A DNA stretch of 64,000 nt from an uncultured delta proteobacterium (GCA_963790475.1 CAWBOS010000015.1:384001-448000), one strand, 5' to 3'. Shown: positions 1-10,518, numbered from the stretch's first letter. The notes: generated by a model not told the origin, from the letters alone. A program made the numbers and translations.

Positions 1-951
1 ATAGACTTCCATCTGACGGCGTAATACCGGTTTGAGTTCCTCCGGCATATCCTCCCAGGCCGGGATCTCGATCGGACGTTTGGTGAGTCGGGCTTCCGCA
101 GGGATCACCCCCAGCTCTTTCTGCCGGACAAAGGTGCGCTCCCGCAGCTTATCCCAGCCGTCATCAAACTGCCCCCGGTACTTGTCAGCCCATTCCTTTG
201 GAACGTGGTGAGGGGCATGGGTAGCCCCGGGTGCAAAGTAAATAAAAAAGGGTTTGTCCGGGGCCAGAGACTTCTGGGCATTGACCCACTGAATGGCTTT
301 ATCGGTCATGTCGGCCATGAAGTGGTACTCGGGATCGTCGGAAGTGGCAACAGGCGTAATCCCATCGTATATTTCGGGATACCACTGGTTATTTTCTCCG
401 GCCAGAAAGCCATAGAACTTTTCGAAGCCGTTGCCTGTGGGCCAATGTTCAAAGGGGCCGACCGGGCTGGTCTCCCAGACGGGCACTTCATGGCACTTAC
501 CAAACTGGGCTGTCGAGTAACCGTTATACTTGAGGACCTTGGCGATACTGGCCGCCGTGTTGGGAATCGAGGAAGTCGAACCGGGGAGTGCGGTGGCCAT
601 CTCGGTTATCCCGGCCATACCCACGCTATGGTGGTTGCGCCCGGTCAACAGCGCGGCACGGGTGGGAGAGCAAAGGGCGGTGGTATGAAAGCGGTTGTAC
701 TTCAAGCCGCCGTCGGATAACTTCTCGGCGGTCGGTGTCTGACAGGGTCCGCCGAAGGCACTCGAAGCGCCAAAGCCGACATCGTCCAGAAGGATGATGA
801 GCACGTTTGGCGCCCCCTCGGGTGGTCGAACCGATTCGATGGGTGGAAATTTCGCCTCCGGGTCCTTGGCATCATAAAGGACCGTCCCCTGGTACGGACG
901 ATGAGGGATGGGCAGGATTGTGCGTTGAACAGCGTCGTGTTTGGTTGTCAT
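1..951 (-). CDS. Arylsulfatase (formylglycine-dependent sulfatase), 3' end outside the window
   Basis: Absent from the ORF track because it has no stop in the window. Manual translation from ATG 951 (RBS GGAGG): MTTKHDAVQRTILPIP...PNVLIILLDDVGFG...FHTTALCSPTRAALLTGRNHH...GKCH...ATHAPHH, which contains the CxPxR sulfatase signature. Confidence 0.93.
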   Translation of the reverse strand, partial: MTTKHDAVQRTILPIPHRPYQGTVLYDAKDPEAKFPPIESVRPPEGAPNVLIILLDDVGFGASSAFGGPCQTPTAEKLSDGGLKYNRFHTTALCSPTRAALLTGRNHHSVGMAGITEMATALPGSTSSIPNTAASIAKVLKYNGYSTAQFGKCHEVPVWETSPVGPFEHWPTGNGFEKFYGFLAGENNQWYPEIYDGITPVATSDDPEYHFMADMTDKAIQWVNAQKSLAPDKPFFIYFAPGATHAPHHVPKEWADKYRGQFDDGWDKLRERTFVRQKELGVIPAEARLTKRPIEIPAWEDMPEELKPVLRRQMEVY

Positions 952-1057
952 TTTGACCTCCTATGTTCGAGAAACTCAGATAAAAATTTCCTGATAGATA
1001 ATGAGTGGCGAAGTACGATGACTCGGACATCCAAATTTCGGATCATGAGCTTTTCCG

Positions 1058-1630
1058 CTATTCAACAATGATATCCTCCAATGGACGTTTGGGCACATGA
1101 TGCACTCCCTTGCCGTCCCGCCAGTAATTGGTTTGGTTATCCTTACCGACGGTCTCCAGTACAACCTCTTCGTTCGGCTTGCCCAGAGCGATTACCAGGA
1201 GAACCGCATATTTTTCCGGAATTTGAATGGCCTCCCGCAGACCTTTTACATTAATGGCCCCCAGCATACATCCGCCAAGGCCTTTTTCAACGGCGCCGAG
1301 CAGGATACTCTGCGCGGCGATTCCATGGTCGACCCCGAAGGTCTCGCTGATCTCTTTGTCCCCGAGAATGATGATATAAGACGATGGCCGCTCCCCTACG
1401 GTAGGGCCGTCCCAGTCTTTAAGAGCCGCCGCCCAGAAAAGGTTGGGAAAGATTTTGGCGTTCTTTTCCCTTTCCCAGGAAAGGAGGTATTTAAGAGGCT
1501 GCCGGTTGGCCCCCGAGGCCGAACATCTGGCCAGGTCCACTAATTCCTTTAATGTTTCTTTTTCAATGGCTACCTCTTCCTGAAAACGGCGCCGACTCCT
1601 ATTCTTCAATACTAATTCTTTTATCATCAT
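1058..1630 (-). CDS. Nitroreductase family protein
   Basis: NRSRRRF N-terminus, ARCSASGANRQP, DHGIAAQSILLGAVEKGLGGC, C-terminal PKRPLEDI; RBS AGGAGG. Confidence 0.9.
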   Translation of the reverse strand: MMIKELVLKNRSRRRFQEEVAIEKETLKELVDLARCSASGANRQPLKYLLSWEREKNAKIFPNLFWAAALKDWDGPTVGERPSSYIIILGDKEISETFGVDHGIAAQSILLGAVEKGLGGCMLGAINVKGLREAIQIPEKYAVLLVIALGKPNEEVVLETVGKDNQTNYWRDGKGVHHVPKRPLEDIIVE

Positions 1631-2126
1631 GCTCCTCCTTTAAACTTTTCTTTGGGAAAGATTTTATGAAAACAGATGGACGCCATTGAAGCACCCCAAC
1701 CGAGTCCATAGCAGTTGAAATTTTGACCTTAGGTCTTCTTTATCATAACCTTGATAATATTTCAGTTAAAAAGGAACAGATGTAATGGGCATTAAATTTT
1801 TCCAGGGAGACTGGGAATCCTTCTCCGATTTTTTATTTCCTTGACAACCCAAAAAGATTTTCCTAATAACTCTTCGATGAATTGGCACTGAATCATTATC
1901 CTTTGCCCCTCTCCCCTTCCTAACCCCCTCTGTGAGAGAAGAGTGTGGGAAAGACAATTTTCGTATTTTGTAGTGCCCGCAGGCACAAGTGGGTTTAAAT
2001 GGAAACCACCCAGAAAGAGCCTCTTAGAAATATATGAAAACAAAATCCATGCGCATGAAAGGCGATATGCCCGAAACCGGCTCAAGCTTCTCATGTCGAT
2101 TTACCGGTGATCCCAGAGGAATAGTT

Positions 2127-3770
2127 ATGTATTTTATTGGGAAATCCGGCAAACTATTTTCTTGGATATCTCTGCTCTTATTATGCACCGGTGTTTACGC
2201 AGGAGGCAAGGAGATGACCCTTCCGAACCCTGAAATATCAAAACCCATTAAGATCACCTCCGGTCTAATTACCGGCCAATCTGTGGAGAAGATGGAGGAC
2301 ATACAGGTCTATAAAGGCATTCCTTATGCCGCTCCACCGGTTGGACCGCTTCGCTGGAAACCCCCTCAGCCGGTCGGCCCCTGGGCAGGCGTTCGATCCT
2401 GTACCCAATATGGTCCCCCTTGCCCTCAAAGAAAACTGCCCCCGCCCTTTGACCGGGATTATGGGAAAACCAGTGAAGACTGCCTCTTCCTCAATGTCTG
2501 GAGCGGAGCGCGGGATCCGGATGAAAGACGTCCGGTTATGGTCTGGATCCATGGTGGAGGATTCTACGGAGGCAGCGCCTCCCAACCGGACTTCGACGGA
2601 AGGGTGCTGGCCCGGGAAGGGGTGGTGGTAGTCACCATCAATTATCGGCTCGGCGTCTTTGGCTTTTTGGCCCATCCGGAACTGACCAGCGAATCCGAAC
2701 ATCAGGTCTCCGGTAATTACGGGCTCCTGGACCAGATAGCCGCACTCAGTTGGGTAAAGGAAAATATCGCCGCCTTTGGTGGAGACCCGAATCGGGTCAC
2801 CATTTTCGGGGAATCCGGAGGCGCCAGGAGTGTCTGCTTTTTGATGGTTTCCCCTTTGGCCAAAGGTCTTTTCCATCGGGCCATTGTCCAGAGCGGTTCC
2901 CTCTACCGTGGAATCGGTCACCTGAAGAAATCCCATGACGGACTTCCTCCTATGGAAAAGGAAGGGCTGCGGATTGCCAAACAACTGGGCTGTAATACCC
3001 TCAAAGAACTTCGTCAGAAGAAGGCTGAAGAGATTATTCAGGCCCTGAATTCAACCACAGCTCCCCTGCTCTCTCCGCCCAACGATTTGTCCATACCCAA
3101 TGGGATTTTCATCTCCGGCCCGGTCATTGACGGTTGGGCAGTCCCTGAAGATCCGGTTAACCAGTTTGAAAATGGGAAACAGGCCGATGTCCCTCTGATT
3201 ATCGGGTCGAATCAGGATGAGGCCGGCCTGTTCCTCCGGGCCTTTCAGACCCCAGAAAAAACGCTGGCCTCCTCAGTTTCCCAATTCTTCCCCGGTCATG
3301 GAAAAGAGATCCTCAAACTCTATACAGAATATAAAGAGTTCCCGATGGCCCTGAACCGTTTCGCCACGGATGCGGTATGGACCAGACCCGCCCGGGCCAC
3401 GGCCAGGACCATGGAAAAAGTGCGCTCCAAAGTCTATCTGTACCAATTTACCCACCGCCGACTCGGGAGTCTGTACAACTTCGGGGCCTTTCATGGCGCC
3501 GAAATCCGATTCGTCTTTGGACATGACATCGGTGCCAATAATCCCTTTACCGAAATCGATCACCGGATTTCCAAAAGGATGAGAGCCTACTGGATAAACT
3601 TCGCGGCCACCGGAAATCCCAATGGACCTGGCCTGCCCAAATGGCCGGCTTACAGCCGGTCCACCGACAAAAGCCTGGAGATCGGCAGTGAAATTAAGGT
3701 CCAGACCCATCTTCGAAAGGACGCTTGTGACCTCTTTGACAAAATCGATAAAGAAATGAGAGGCGATTGA
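2127..3770 (+). CDS. Carboxylesterase type B (para-nitrobenzyl esterase-like), probably exported
   Basis: GIPYAAPPVGPLRWKPP, SEDCLFLNVW, WIHGGG, GESGG nucleophile elbow, FHGAEI. Start chosen at ATG 2127 (RBS GAGGA), followed by a hydrophobic signal-like segment. Confidence 0.92.
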   Translation: MYFIGKSGKLFSWISLLLLCTGVYAGGKEMTLPNPEISKPIKITSGLITGQSVEKMEDIQVYKGIPYAAPPVGPLRWKPPQPVGPWAGVRSCTQYGPPCPQRKLPPPFDRDYGKTSEDCLFLNVWSGARDPDERRPVMVWIHGGGFYGGSASQPDFDGRVLAREGVVVVTINYRLGVFGFLAHPELTSESEHQVSGNYGLLDQIAALSWVKENIAAFGGDPNRVTIFGESGGARSVCFLMVSPLAKGLFHRAIVQSGSLYRGIGHLKKSHDGLPPMEKEGLRIAKQLGCNTLKELRQKKAEEIIQALNSTTAPLLSPPNDLSIPNGIFISGPVIDGWAVPEDPVNQFENGKQADVPLIIGSNQDEAGLFLRAFQTPEKTLASSVSQFFPGHGKEILKLYTEYKEFPMALNRFATDAVWTRPARATARTMEKVRSKVYLYQFTHRRLGSLYNFGAFHGAEIRFVFGHDIGANNPFTEIDHRISKRMRAYWINFAATGNPNGPGLPKWPAYSRSTDKSLEIGSEIKVQTHLRKDACDLFDKIDKEMRGD

Positions 3771-3813
3771 GAAAATGTTTGATTGCCATGAATATCACTA
3801 AGGGGTAAAAAGC

Positions 3814-4122
3814 ATGAGAAGACTGGAAAGAAAACCAACTCACCCGGGGAGAATTGTCAAAGAAGATTATTTAAAACCGCTATCCATAACGATCAATGAA
3901 TTGGCCTCAACCCTCGATGTTTCGAGAAAGACATTATCTAAAATTATAAACGAGAGAGGTTCGGTTACTCCTGATATGGCCCTTCGTTTATCCCGTGCCT
4001 TTGGGACTACCCCTGACCTCTGGCTTAACTTGCAGAAAAATTACGATTTGTGGCAGGCAGAAAACGCTTCCAAAGAATGGCAAAGGGTAAAACCGTTTTC
4101 TTCACAACTGCTTCACTCTTAA
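3814..4122 (+). CDS. higA: HigA-family antitoxin (XRE HTH)
   Basis: PTHPGRIVKEDYL...LSKIINERGSVTPDMALRLSRAFGTTPDLWLNLQKNYDL, the classic HigA pattern. Confidence 0.9.
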   Translation: MRRLERKPTHPGRIVKEDYLKPLSITINELASTLDVSRKTLSKIINERGSVTPDMALRLSRAFGTTPDLWLNLQKNYDLWQAENASKEWQRVKPFSSQLLHS

Positions 4123-4376
4123 TAATAAAAAATCCGCCGGATCAGGTGATAACGAAGGGCCGTTATCCAAAATCCAAAAGATGGAAACGAAAAAGAGAAC
4201 TGAATGGATTGAACCCGTCCCCTCGATCTATTTCTGTATATCCTGAAAAATGATATGATATCCGTAAGGAATAAAGTCGACTGAAAATAAAGTCAATGAA
4301 AAGATTATTAGTTTTCTATAATGAGTTAAATGTGATCCGGTTTGGGGGAACGTTTTCGGGCAACTAATTTAATTAA

Positions 4377-5515
4377 CTGAAGTTTTGCATTTTTCAAACG
4401 CATAATTGTTCGAGGTAAGTATCGAGAATATTTTGTTTAAAGGAAATTTTCATATTTTTCAAAGTAACCGAGATTAATTCGATCAAAACGAATTTCCGTA
4501 CCTGAAAGGCCAGTAAACGGATAGAAAGATTTAAAGGTGTTTTTTTATCCCCAAGCCACTGGAAGACCTTGAGGACCGTCAAAACGAAATAAGCGATCAG
4601 GGATAAAGCGGCGTGACGCAGGATAGCCTGAAAGCAAATCACCGAAACCTAATCGGTGTTTAAGATCTTTGATCATCTGTTCGATCTTCCATCGTTTGGC
4701 ATAATAACAGAGCACATCCAAAGCAGAAAGATGGATAGTAGTCGAGATTAAAAATCGAGGGTTTTTTCGTTTCTCTTGAACAATAACCAGGGCCACTTTC
4801 CGAAGCCCTTTTTTTCACCCAGTACTTTTTTAATTTTCAGGGTTGTATTTTCCCCATAAAGGGGCAAAGTCAATTCGCGGTATAAAGACCGTTGGGCGGC
4901 TAATTTCTTGGCCTGAATCGATTTTCCCCCTACCAGGAGCGTCGCATTGGATTTAAGTTGCGAGATCATATGACACCCCTGTTGACGGCAAACTTTAGCC
5001 AAGTCTTTAGACCAAAACCAGGCATCGGCCAGAAGATAAACTTTACAGGGTACGGGGAATTGAAGTTTTCCCAAGATCTTTTTGACCATCGCCGTTTTGG
5101 TTTGAAACTGCCACATCCTTTGGTCCCTTTCGGATGATAGACGTCTTCCCAAAGGGGAAAGAGGAAGTCCTTATAAAGCAGAGCCGAAAGGACCCATTGA
5201 TGGCCAAAGATATTGGCCAAGTTATGGGCATGGTCTTTATGCCATCCGCACCCGGGGATCTTTTTTCCAGTCTTTGGGGACAGGGTATCATCGGCCAGGA
5301 TAAAAAGAACCGAGCCGGTTTTAATCTTAAGGGTGTAAAAAAACCGATCCACAGCCGCCCTAACCAGTTTCTCATGATCCCAGATATAATCAGCCAGAAA
5401 TCGAGTAAAACTGGAATGGGATCTCTCCCAGTAGATTGGATGCCCTAAGCAGTCTGAGTGTGACTGACTTTTGCCAGGACCGCCGGATTAATCGCCAGAG
5501 ATAAAAGCACCCATC
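4377..5515 (-). pseudogene. Degenerate IS701/IS4-like DDE transposase remnant
   Basis: Fragments in several frames: LADDTLSPKTGKKIPGCGWHKDH..FGHQWV, YLLADAWF, YAKRWKIEQMIKDLK. At least 3 frameshifts plus a disrupted 5' part. One end-like sequence CTGAAGTTTTGCA at ~4377; no matching other end seen. Confidence 0.8.
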
Positions 5516-5573
5516 GATTTTTCAGACTCCGGACATAGGAGTTCCTACCGCTATTCCTAAGCTTAATCTTATT

Positions 5574-5602
5574 TTGACAAAAGGCAGACATTAGCCTATA
5601 TT
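5574..5602 (+). promoter_or_regulatory. Sigma70 promoter, likely giving a leaderless mRNA for the toxin gene
   Basis: TTGACA(5574-79)-N17-TATATT(5597-5602). The ATG at 5609 falls at the expected +1 and there is no SD sequence. Confidence 0.65.
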
Positions 5603-5608
5603 GTTAAC

Positions 5609-5878
5609 ATGAAATATCTAAATTGGAGTTATGATAAAAACGAATTATTAAAAGTTAAGCGAGGGATTTCCTTCGAGGAAATTGCTTTCTTAATCGAGTC
5701 AGGTAAAATGCTCGGTATTGAAGAAAATCCAAGACGACCGGATCAAAAAATATATATTCTGGAAGTTGAGGGTTACGCTGTTATTGTACCTTTTGTGGAA
5801 AATGATAATGAAATTTATCTTAAAACGGCCTTTCCGAGTCAGAAATATACCAAGCGTTATGGCTTAAAGGGGGAATAA
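5609..5878 (+). CDS. BrnT-like type II toxin
   Basis: WSYDKNELLKVKRGISFEEI...YAVIVPFVEND..IYLKTAFPSQKYTK; overlaps the next gene by TAATG coupling. Confidence 0.8.
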   Translation: MKYLNWSYDKNELLKVKRGISFEEIAFLIESGKMLGIEENPRRPDQKIYILEVEGYAVIVPFVENDNEIYLKTAFPSQKYTKRYGLKGE

Positions 5879-6174
5879 TGAATAAAATAAAAAGGAAGGC
5901 ATTTGAACCGATTGATAAAGAAGAAAGAGATTTGATGGAGTCAATAGACAAGGACGAATGGAGTCCTGTTAAAAATATCAAGCAGGAAAAAGAAAAAGCC
6001 ATTATGGCAGCCCGAAACACTCTGAAAAAAGAAAAGCGAATCAATCTTCGTTTGTCTCAAAAAGATTATCATCAGATTCAGATAAAGGCTATAGAAGAAG
6101 GAATTCCATATCAAACATTTATTTCAAGTATTATTCATAAATATTTAAATGGTTCCCTGACTTCAAGAACATAG
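5878..6174 (+). CDS. Antitoxin (CopG/BrnA-like ribbon-helix-helix C-terminus)
   Basis: KKEKRINLRLSQKDYHQIQIKAIEEGIPYQTFISSIIHKY; translationally coupled to the toxin. Confidence 0.8.
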   Translation: MNKIKRKAFEPIDKEERDLMESIDKDEWSPVKNIKQEKEKAIMAARNTLKKEKRINLRLSQKDYHQIQIKAIEEGIPYQTFISSIIHKYLNGSLTSRT

Positions 6175-6180
6175 ATTGGA

Positions 6181-6236
6181 ACAGAACCTGTTATTCCACC
6201 AGACCGCTGATGCCTCCAGTGAATTCTACGTTATGT
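6181..6236 (+). mobile_element. attC-like integron cassette recombination site
   Basis: R'' ACAGAAC, 5-nt spacer, L'' ATTCCAC ... L' GTGAAT, 5-nt spacer, R' GTTATGT. R boxes are 6/7 complementary and L'' has one extra (extrahelical) C. It lies 6 nt after the antitoxin stop. Confidence 0.6.
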
Positions 6237-6299
6237 CTGAAGAAGAAACCTGATGAATTCCTTAGCCATTAACCTACACCAATTAAGGGGAGAACTCTA

Positions 6300-6917
6300 A
6301 TGATTACCTATGAACTTCTGAGAATCAAAGATACCAATAGTAATGGCATCCTCAATATGATTAAAACAGTCAACACCCGAATTTTACCCGAGGCCAAGGC
6401 TCCAGGGTATTCGCTTTACGGAATCTTCTTCGGTCTTTTTGGCCTGGCCACCAACGAGCTTTATCTGATTGCCACGCGAGAAGATATCGGACCATCCTCA
6501 GATGGAACCACCCCTTTATCCAAACTGATTACAGAAAATAATTTCAGCCTCCGGGAGAGTTACCTGCTTACCCCAACCATAAGACCGACTGAGCACGCCA
6601 CACGCACCAAGGGCGGCATCTATGTCTTCCGCTGGTTTGATGTCTACAACCGCGATGTAGAGGAAATTGTCAAGCTGTCCGATGAGGCCTGGGTTTCGTT
6701 TGAAGGGGATTTCGACAGCGAGGTCCAAGGTTTATTTGCCGAACGGGATCACAGCCGGGAACAGGGCAAGATGCTTCTGCTCACCTGGTATCGGGGCCTC
6801 AGCGTTTGGGAAACCTCACGGAAGCCTTCGCCAGAGGCCAGGGAAAGATTTCTTAAACGACACAAATTGACCATTGAAACTATGGCCATCGCTACCCGTC
6901 TTTACCATACTCAATAG
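6300..6917 (+). CDS. Hypothetical protein (possibly NIPSNAP-like dimeric alpha/beta barrel)
   Basis: 205-aa ORF with RBS GGGGAG. The C-half pattern (YVFRWF..FVELS-like..W..FE..LLLTWY..LSVWETSR) is only suggestive of the fold. Confidence 0.6.
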   Translation: MITYELLRIKDTNSNGILNMIKTVNTRILPEAKAPGYSLYGIFFGLFGLATNELYLIATREDIGPSSDGTTPLSKLITENNFSLRESYLLTPTIRPTEHATRTKGGIYVFRWFDVYNRDVEEIVKLSDEAWVSFEGDFDSEVQGLFAERDHSREQGKMLLLTWYRGLSVWETSRKPSPEARERFLKRHKLTIETMAIATRLYHTQ

Positions 6918-7338
6918 ACCGGAATACTAAAAGAGGGTTGATCCAGGTCACCTGATTTATTTTCTCTGAAAAAATTCGGGACAAAGTGTATTGGATTCGG
7001 ATTTCCGACCCATATGGTGCTCGACGTTATTAAGGCCATAGTCCGGGGGATATTGACTATGCGGATCTATCGAGTACAGAAAGGAAATCTTGCCGACCAT
7101 GCCTATCGCTGGCAGGATTTTTCAAGAATTCGTAGTATCCCGCCACCTGCAGGACTTCGCCTTTGAGGCCCTGGATCTGAAGCCTCCCCGGTTTGTAACA
7201 TCATGGTTTTGATATCAGAACATTGAATTAAAAAGGTATTTTTTTCTTGACAATACCTAAATTCGATATAAAAATAGCACAAATATTTCTTATGAGAATG
7301 AATTATAGGTATAAATAAGAAGGATCCGGAACCAAAGT

Positions 7339-8112
7339 ATGCTTGAGAAGGGACCTGTCAACCAAGGGAAACCATCCAAAGCCCTGTATCGAGTCCTGTC
7401 CGATCAACTCCAAGGATATATTCAGAGCGGGTATTGGAAGGTGGGGAATATTATCCCGACCGAGAGCCAAATCTGCGAACAGTTCTCAGTGAGCCGTTCC
7501 ACGGTCAGAAAAACTCTGGAGCACCTGACCCGGAACGGATATCTGGAACGGAGGGCGGGAAAAGGGACCTGGGCGGTGGATTATTACCAGGCGAAAGAAA
7601 TCTGGGTCGTCGACGGCATCAGCCTCCCTTACCCTTATCCGGATCTTATCCATGTGGAAATATTTTACCACGAAACCCTGGTCAATGACCGATCGAATCC
7701 CATTCTCGCCGCCTTTGAATCGGAAAAGGTTTTAAGCCGAGTTAAAATGACCCGCTGGCTCGAACAAACACCCATAACTTTAGTCCACAGTTACATGAGG
7801 CCTCCGGATGCCGAAAAAGTCCTTGCCGGGTTTAACCCTCAAACCGATATTTATTTATATCAAATACTCGAACGAATCACCGGAAGGACCGTTGATTTTG
7901 TAAAAGAAACCTATGAGGCCATTCTGGCAGTGGGTGAAATTGCAGACCGCCTGAAAATCCCCCCCGGGAGCCCTCTGATGTTCGCAAATCGACTGGTTAC
8001 GGACGAGCAAGGGGTACTTTTGCTGGGGGCAAGTGTTTATATGCGAACGGATATCCAGAAAATGGAAATGTCCCGTAAACGAACCATGACCCCTAAGAGG
8101 CTTCGCCCTTGA
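7339..8112 (+). CDS. GntR family regulator, HutC/UTRA subfamily
   Basis: N-terminal wHTH IPTESQICEQFSVSRSTVRKTL..RRAGKGTW; UTRA-like C-terminal domain. Confidence 0.88.
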   Translation: MLEKGPVNQGKPSKALYRVLSDQLQGYIQSGYWKVGNIIPTESQICEQFSVSRSTVRKTLEHLTRNGYLERRAGKGTWAVDYYQAKEIWVVDGISLPYPYPDLIHVEIFYHETLVNDRSNPILAAFESEKVLSRVKMTRWLEQTPITLVHSYMRPPDAEKVLAGFNPQTDIYLYQILERITGRTVDFVKETYEAILAVGEIADRLKIPPGSPLMFANRLVTDEQGVLLLGASVYMRTDIQKMEMSRKRTMTPKRLRP

Positions 8113-8197
8113 AGTTTTATGACAGGAAACCATTTAGAGATTCTTAATTTAAACCAGGCTGTTTGTCGGCCTGAATTTTTTGTTAGAGGAGGAAGAC

Positions 8198-9514
8198 ATG
8201 AACAAAAATAAATTTTTCAGGATAGGGTTTCCGATCCTGATGCTGGCGCTTTTTGTTTTTGGGTCTCTGGCCCAAGCTGCGGAATTCAACTGGCGTAAAT
8301 ATGAAGGCACAACGATCAGAGTCGTCCTATCCAAAAGCGCCTTTACCCCCATGGGCCAGGAATATATTAAGGAATTTGAAAAAAAGACCGGCATTAAGGT
8401 GATCGATGAAAATTACGGATCCGCACCATTGCGCCGCAAGCTGACCATGGAGCTGGCGGCCAAGAACAAGGACCTGGATGTCTTTGCGGGAATGATGAAG
8501 ACCAACCTGGAGTTTTACCGGGCCGGTTGGTTGTTCCCTTTGGATGATTTCCTGAAAAATCCGGCCTTGACCAGCCCTGACTATGACTATAATGATATTT
8601 TCCCCAAGGTGCGGTCCATTGTCGAGGGCAAGACCATCGGCATTACCACCAGCATGAATCCCCAGGTCCTGATGTATCGAAAGGACCTCTTTGAGAAGTA
8701 CAAGGTCAAAGTGCCTACCAATTGGAAGGAACTCGAGGAAGCAGCCAAGAAGCTGACCCTGGATACGGACGGCGATGGGAAAACGGACGTCTATGGCTGG
8801 ATTGCCAGGATGAATGAAGAAAACTCGGCGACTTTTTCCAATTTCCTTTGGTCAAATGGAGCCAGTTGGCTTGATAAAAAGAATAAGCCTGTCTTCAATT
8901 CCCCCAAGGCGGTTGAAGCCCTGAAATTTTATGGACATCTGCTCAAGGCCTATGGACCTCCGGGGGGCAGCACCCTCGGATGGCAGGAGGTCATCGGGGC
9001 CATGGCCCAGGGCAAAGCAGCCATGACTGTGGAAATATCCATTTTTGCCGACATGGTGCTCGAAAATCCCAAGCAATCTAAGGTCGCCGGCAAAATCGGT
9101 TACGCCTTTTTCCCGCCGGCCAAGCCGCAGTATCTGACCATGCTGCTGCCTACCAACTGCTACCACATCAGTGCCTATTCTCAGAAAAAAGAAGCCGCCT
9201 GGTTGTTCGTACAATTCATGACCGATAAAGCCCGTACCTTGCCTTACCAGCTTAAAATGTTGCCCACCTCCAGAAAATCGGCCTGGCTGGACCCCAAATT
9301 CAAGGCGGAGGATAAGTACCCCGAGTTGACCAAGATCCAGTACGAGGGCATCGAGCATGGGATCGTTGATTTTGAATTGACCATCCCCGCCTTTGACGAG
9401 GCCCGTCCATACCTGTCGCGGATGATATTCACCGCCTATGAAGGAGGGGATGTCCAGAAGGCGGCTAATGAGACCGTGAAACGGGTTGAAGAGATTATGA
9501 GGCAAACCAAATAA
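8198..9514 (+). CDS. Carbohydrate ABC transporter substrate-binding protein (CUT1)
   Basis: Signal peptide (AQA-A), LMYRKDLFEK..VPTNWKEL, KKEAAWLFVQF; RBS AGGAGG before ATG 8198. Confidence 0.9.
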   Translation: MNKNKFFRIGFPILMLALFVFGSLAQAAEFNWRKYEGTTIRVVLSKSAFTPMGQEYIKEFEKKTGIKVIDENYGSAPLRRKLTMELAAKNKDLDVFAGMMKTNLEFYRAGWLFPLDDFLKNPALTSPDYDYNDIFPKVRSIVEGKTIGITTSMNPQVLMYRKDLFEKYKVKVPTNWKELEEAAKKLTLDTDGDGKTDVYGWIARMNEENSATFSNFLWSNGASWLDKKNKPVFNSPKAVEALKFYGHLLKAYGPPGGSTLGWQEVIGAMAQGKAAMTVEISIFADMVLENPKQSKVAGKIGYAFFPPAKPQYLTMLLPTNCYHISAYSQKKEAAWLFVQFMTDKARTLPYQLKMLPTSRKSAWLDPKFKAEDKYPELTKIQYEGIEHGIVDFELTIPAFDEARPYLSRMIFTAYEGGDVQKAANETVKRVEEIMRQTK

Positions 9515-9525
9515 AACTCAGTTGA

Positions 9526-9555
9526 CCGGGGAGCCTTATTGCTGAAGCTCCCCGG
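9526..9555 (+). other. Intercistronic hairpin after the binding-protein gene (possible mRNA stabiliser/attenuator)
   Basis: CCGGGGAGC-N12-GCTCCCCGG perfect 9-bp stem. Confidence 0.5.
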
Positions 9556-9567
9556 AAAAAGAAGGAT

Positions 9568-10518
9568 ATGGCTGATTCCACTGCCTACAAATCGATAATG
9601 GGCCAGGAAACCGGGGAGGGTGAATCCCTGTTCACCAAAATCCTGGAAACCTTTGATCGGAATATCCGGTTTCTTTTTCCCCTGCCGGCCCTGATCATCG
9701 CCCTGGCGCTTTTTGTTTATCCCCTTTTTGAGTTGTTTTATCTCAGCCTGACCCGCTGGAGTCTTATCTCCCAGGAACCGAGGACCTTTATCGGCCTGGC
9801 CAATTTCGCCCGCGCCTTTTTTGAAGACGACCATTTCTGGAAGGCGGTCTGGCTGATGCTCTATTTTGCCCTGGCGGGTCTGTCCGGTCAGTTTATCCTC
9901 GGTTTCGCCCTGGCCATGCTGCTGAACAGGGAGTTCAGAGGCGAATCGGTGGTTAGAATGCTTCTCCTGTTCCCCATCATCGCAACACCGGTGGCTATGT
10001 CCATGGTCTGGTCCATGATGCTTAATCCCATGATGGGCATCATGAATTACTTGCTTTCCTTGGTCGGCCTGCCGCCAAGCGATTGGGTCTCGAGCCCGAC
10101 CGCGGTTATGCCCACCCTGATTATGGTCGATATCTGGCACTGGGCTCCATTTATGATGTTGGTCCTTTTGGCCGGACTGAAAAACCTGCCCAAGGACCCC
10201 TACGAAGCGGCCATGATCGACGGCGCTTCTCGGGTTCAAGTCTTTTTCAAGATCACCCTGCCGCTGATGCAACCCTATATTGTTTTGGTGGTCATCCTCC
10301 GTTTGATCCAAAACCTCAAAGTATTTGATGAGATATTCGTCATTTCCGGAGGCGGGCCCATGAGGGCCTCGGAGACCCTGAATCTGATGATCTATCACCA
10401 GGCCTTCACCGCTATGAACTACGGCTACGGCTGCGCCCTGGGCCTATTCCTGCTTCTGGTCATCCTGGCCATCAGCCTGGCAGTTTTCAGATATCGGGAA
10501 AGGAGTTGGAGCTATTGA
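9568..10518 (+). CDS. Carbohydrate ABC transporter permease (MalF/UgpA-like)
   Basis: EAA loop YEAAMIDGASRVQVFFKITLPLM; multiple TM helices. Confidence 0.92.
   Translation: MADSTAYKSIMGQETGEGESLFTKILETFDRNIRFLFPLPALIIALALFVYPLFELFYLSLTRWSLISQEPRTFIGLANFARAFFEDDHFWKAVWLMLYFALAGLSGQFILGFALAMLLNREFRGESVVRMLLLFPIIATPVAMSMVWSMMLNPMMGIMNYLLSLVGLPPSDWVSSPTAVMPTLIMVDIWHWAPFMMLVLLAGLKNLPKDPYEAAMIDGASRVQVFFKITLPLMQPYIVLVVILRLIQNLKVFDEIFVISGGGPMRASETLNLMIYHQAFTAMNYGYGCALGLFLLLVILAISLAVFRYRERSWSY

Noticed and set aside
205-797. Plus-strand ORFs 205-720 and 588-797
   Set aside because: Antisense shadows of the minus-strand arylsulfatase, which carries the real motifs.
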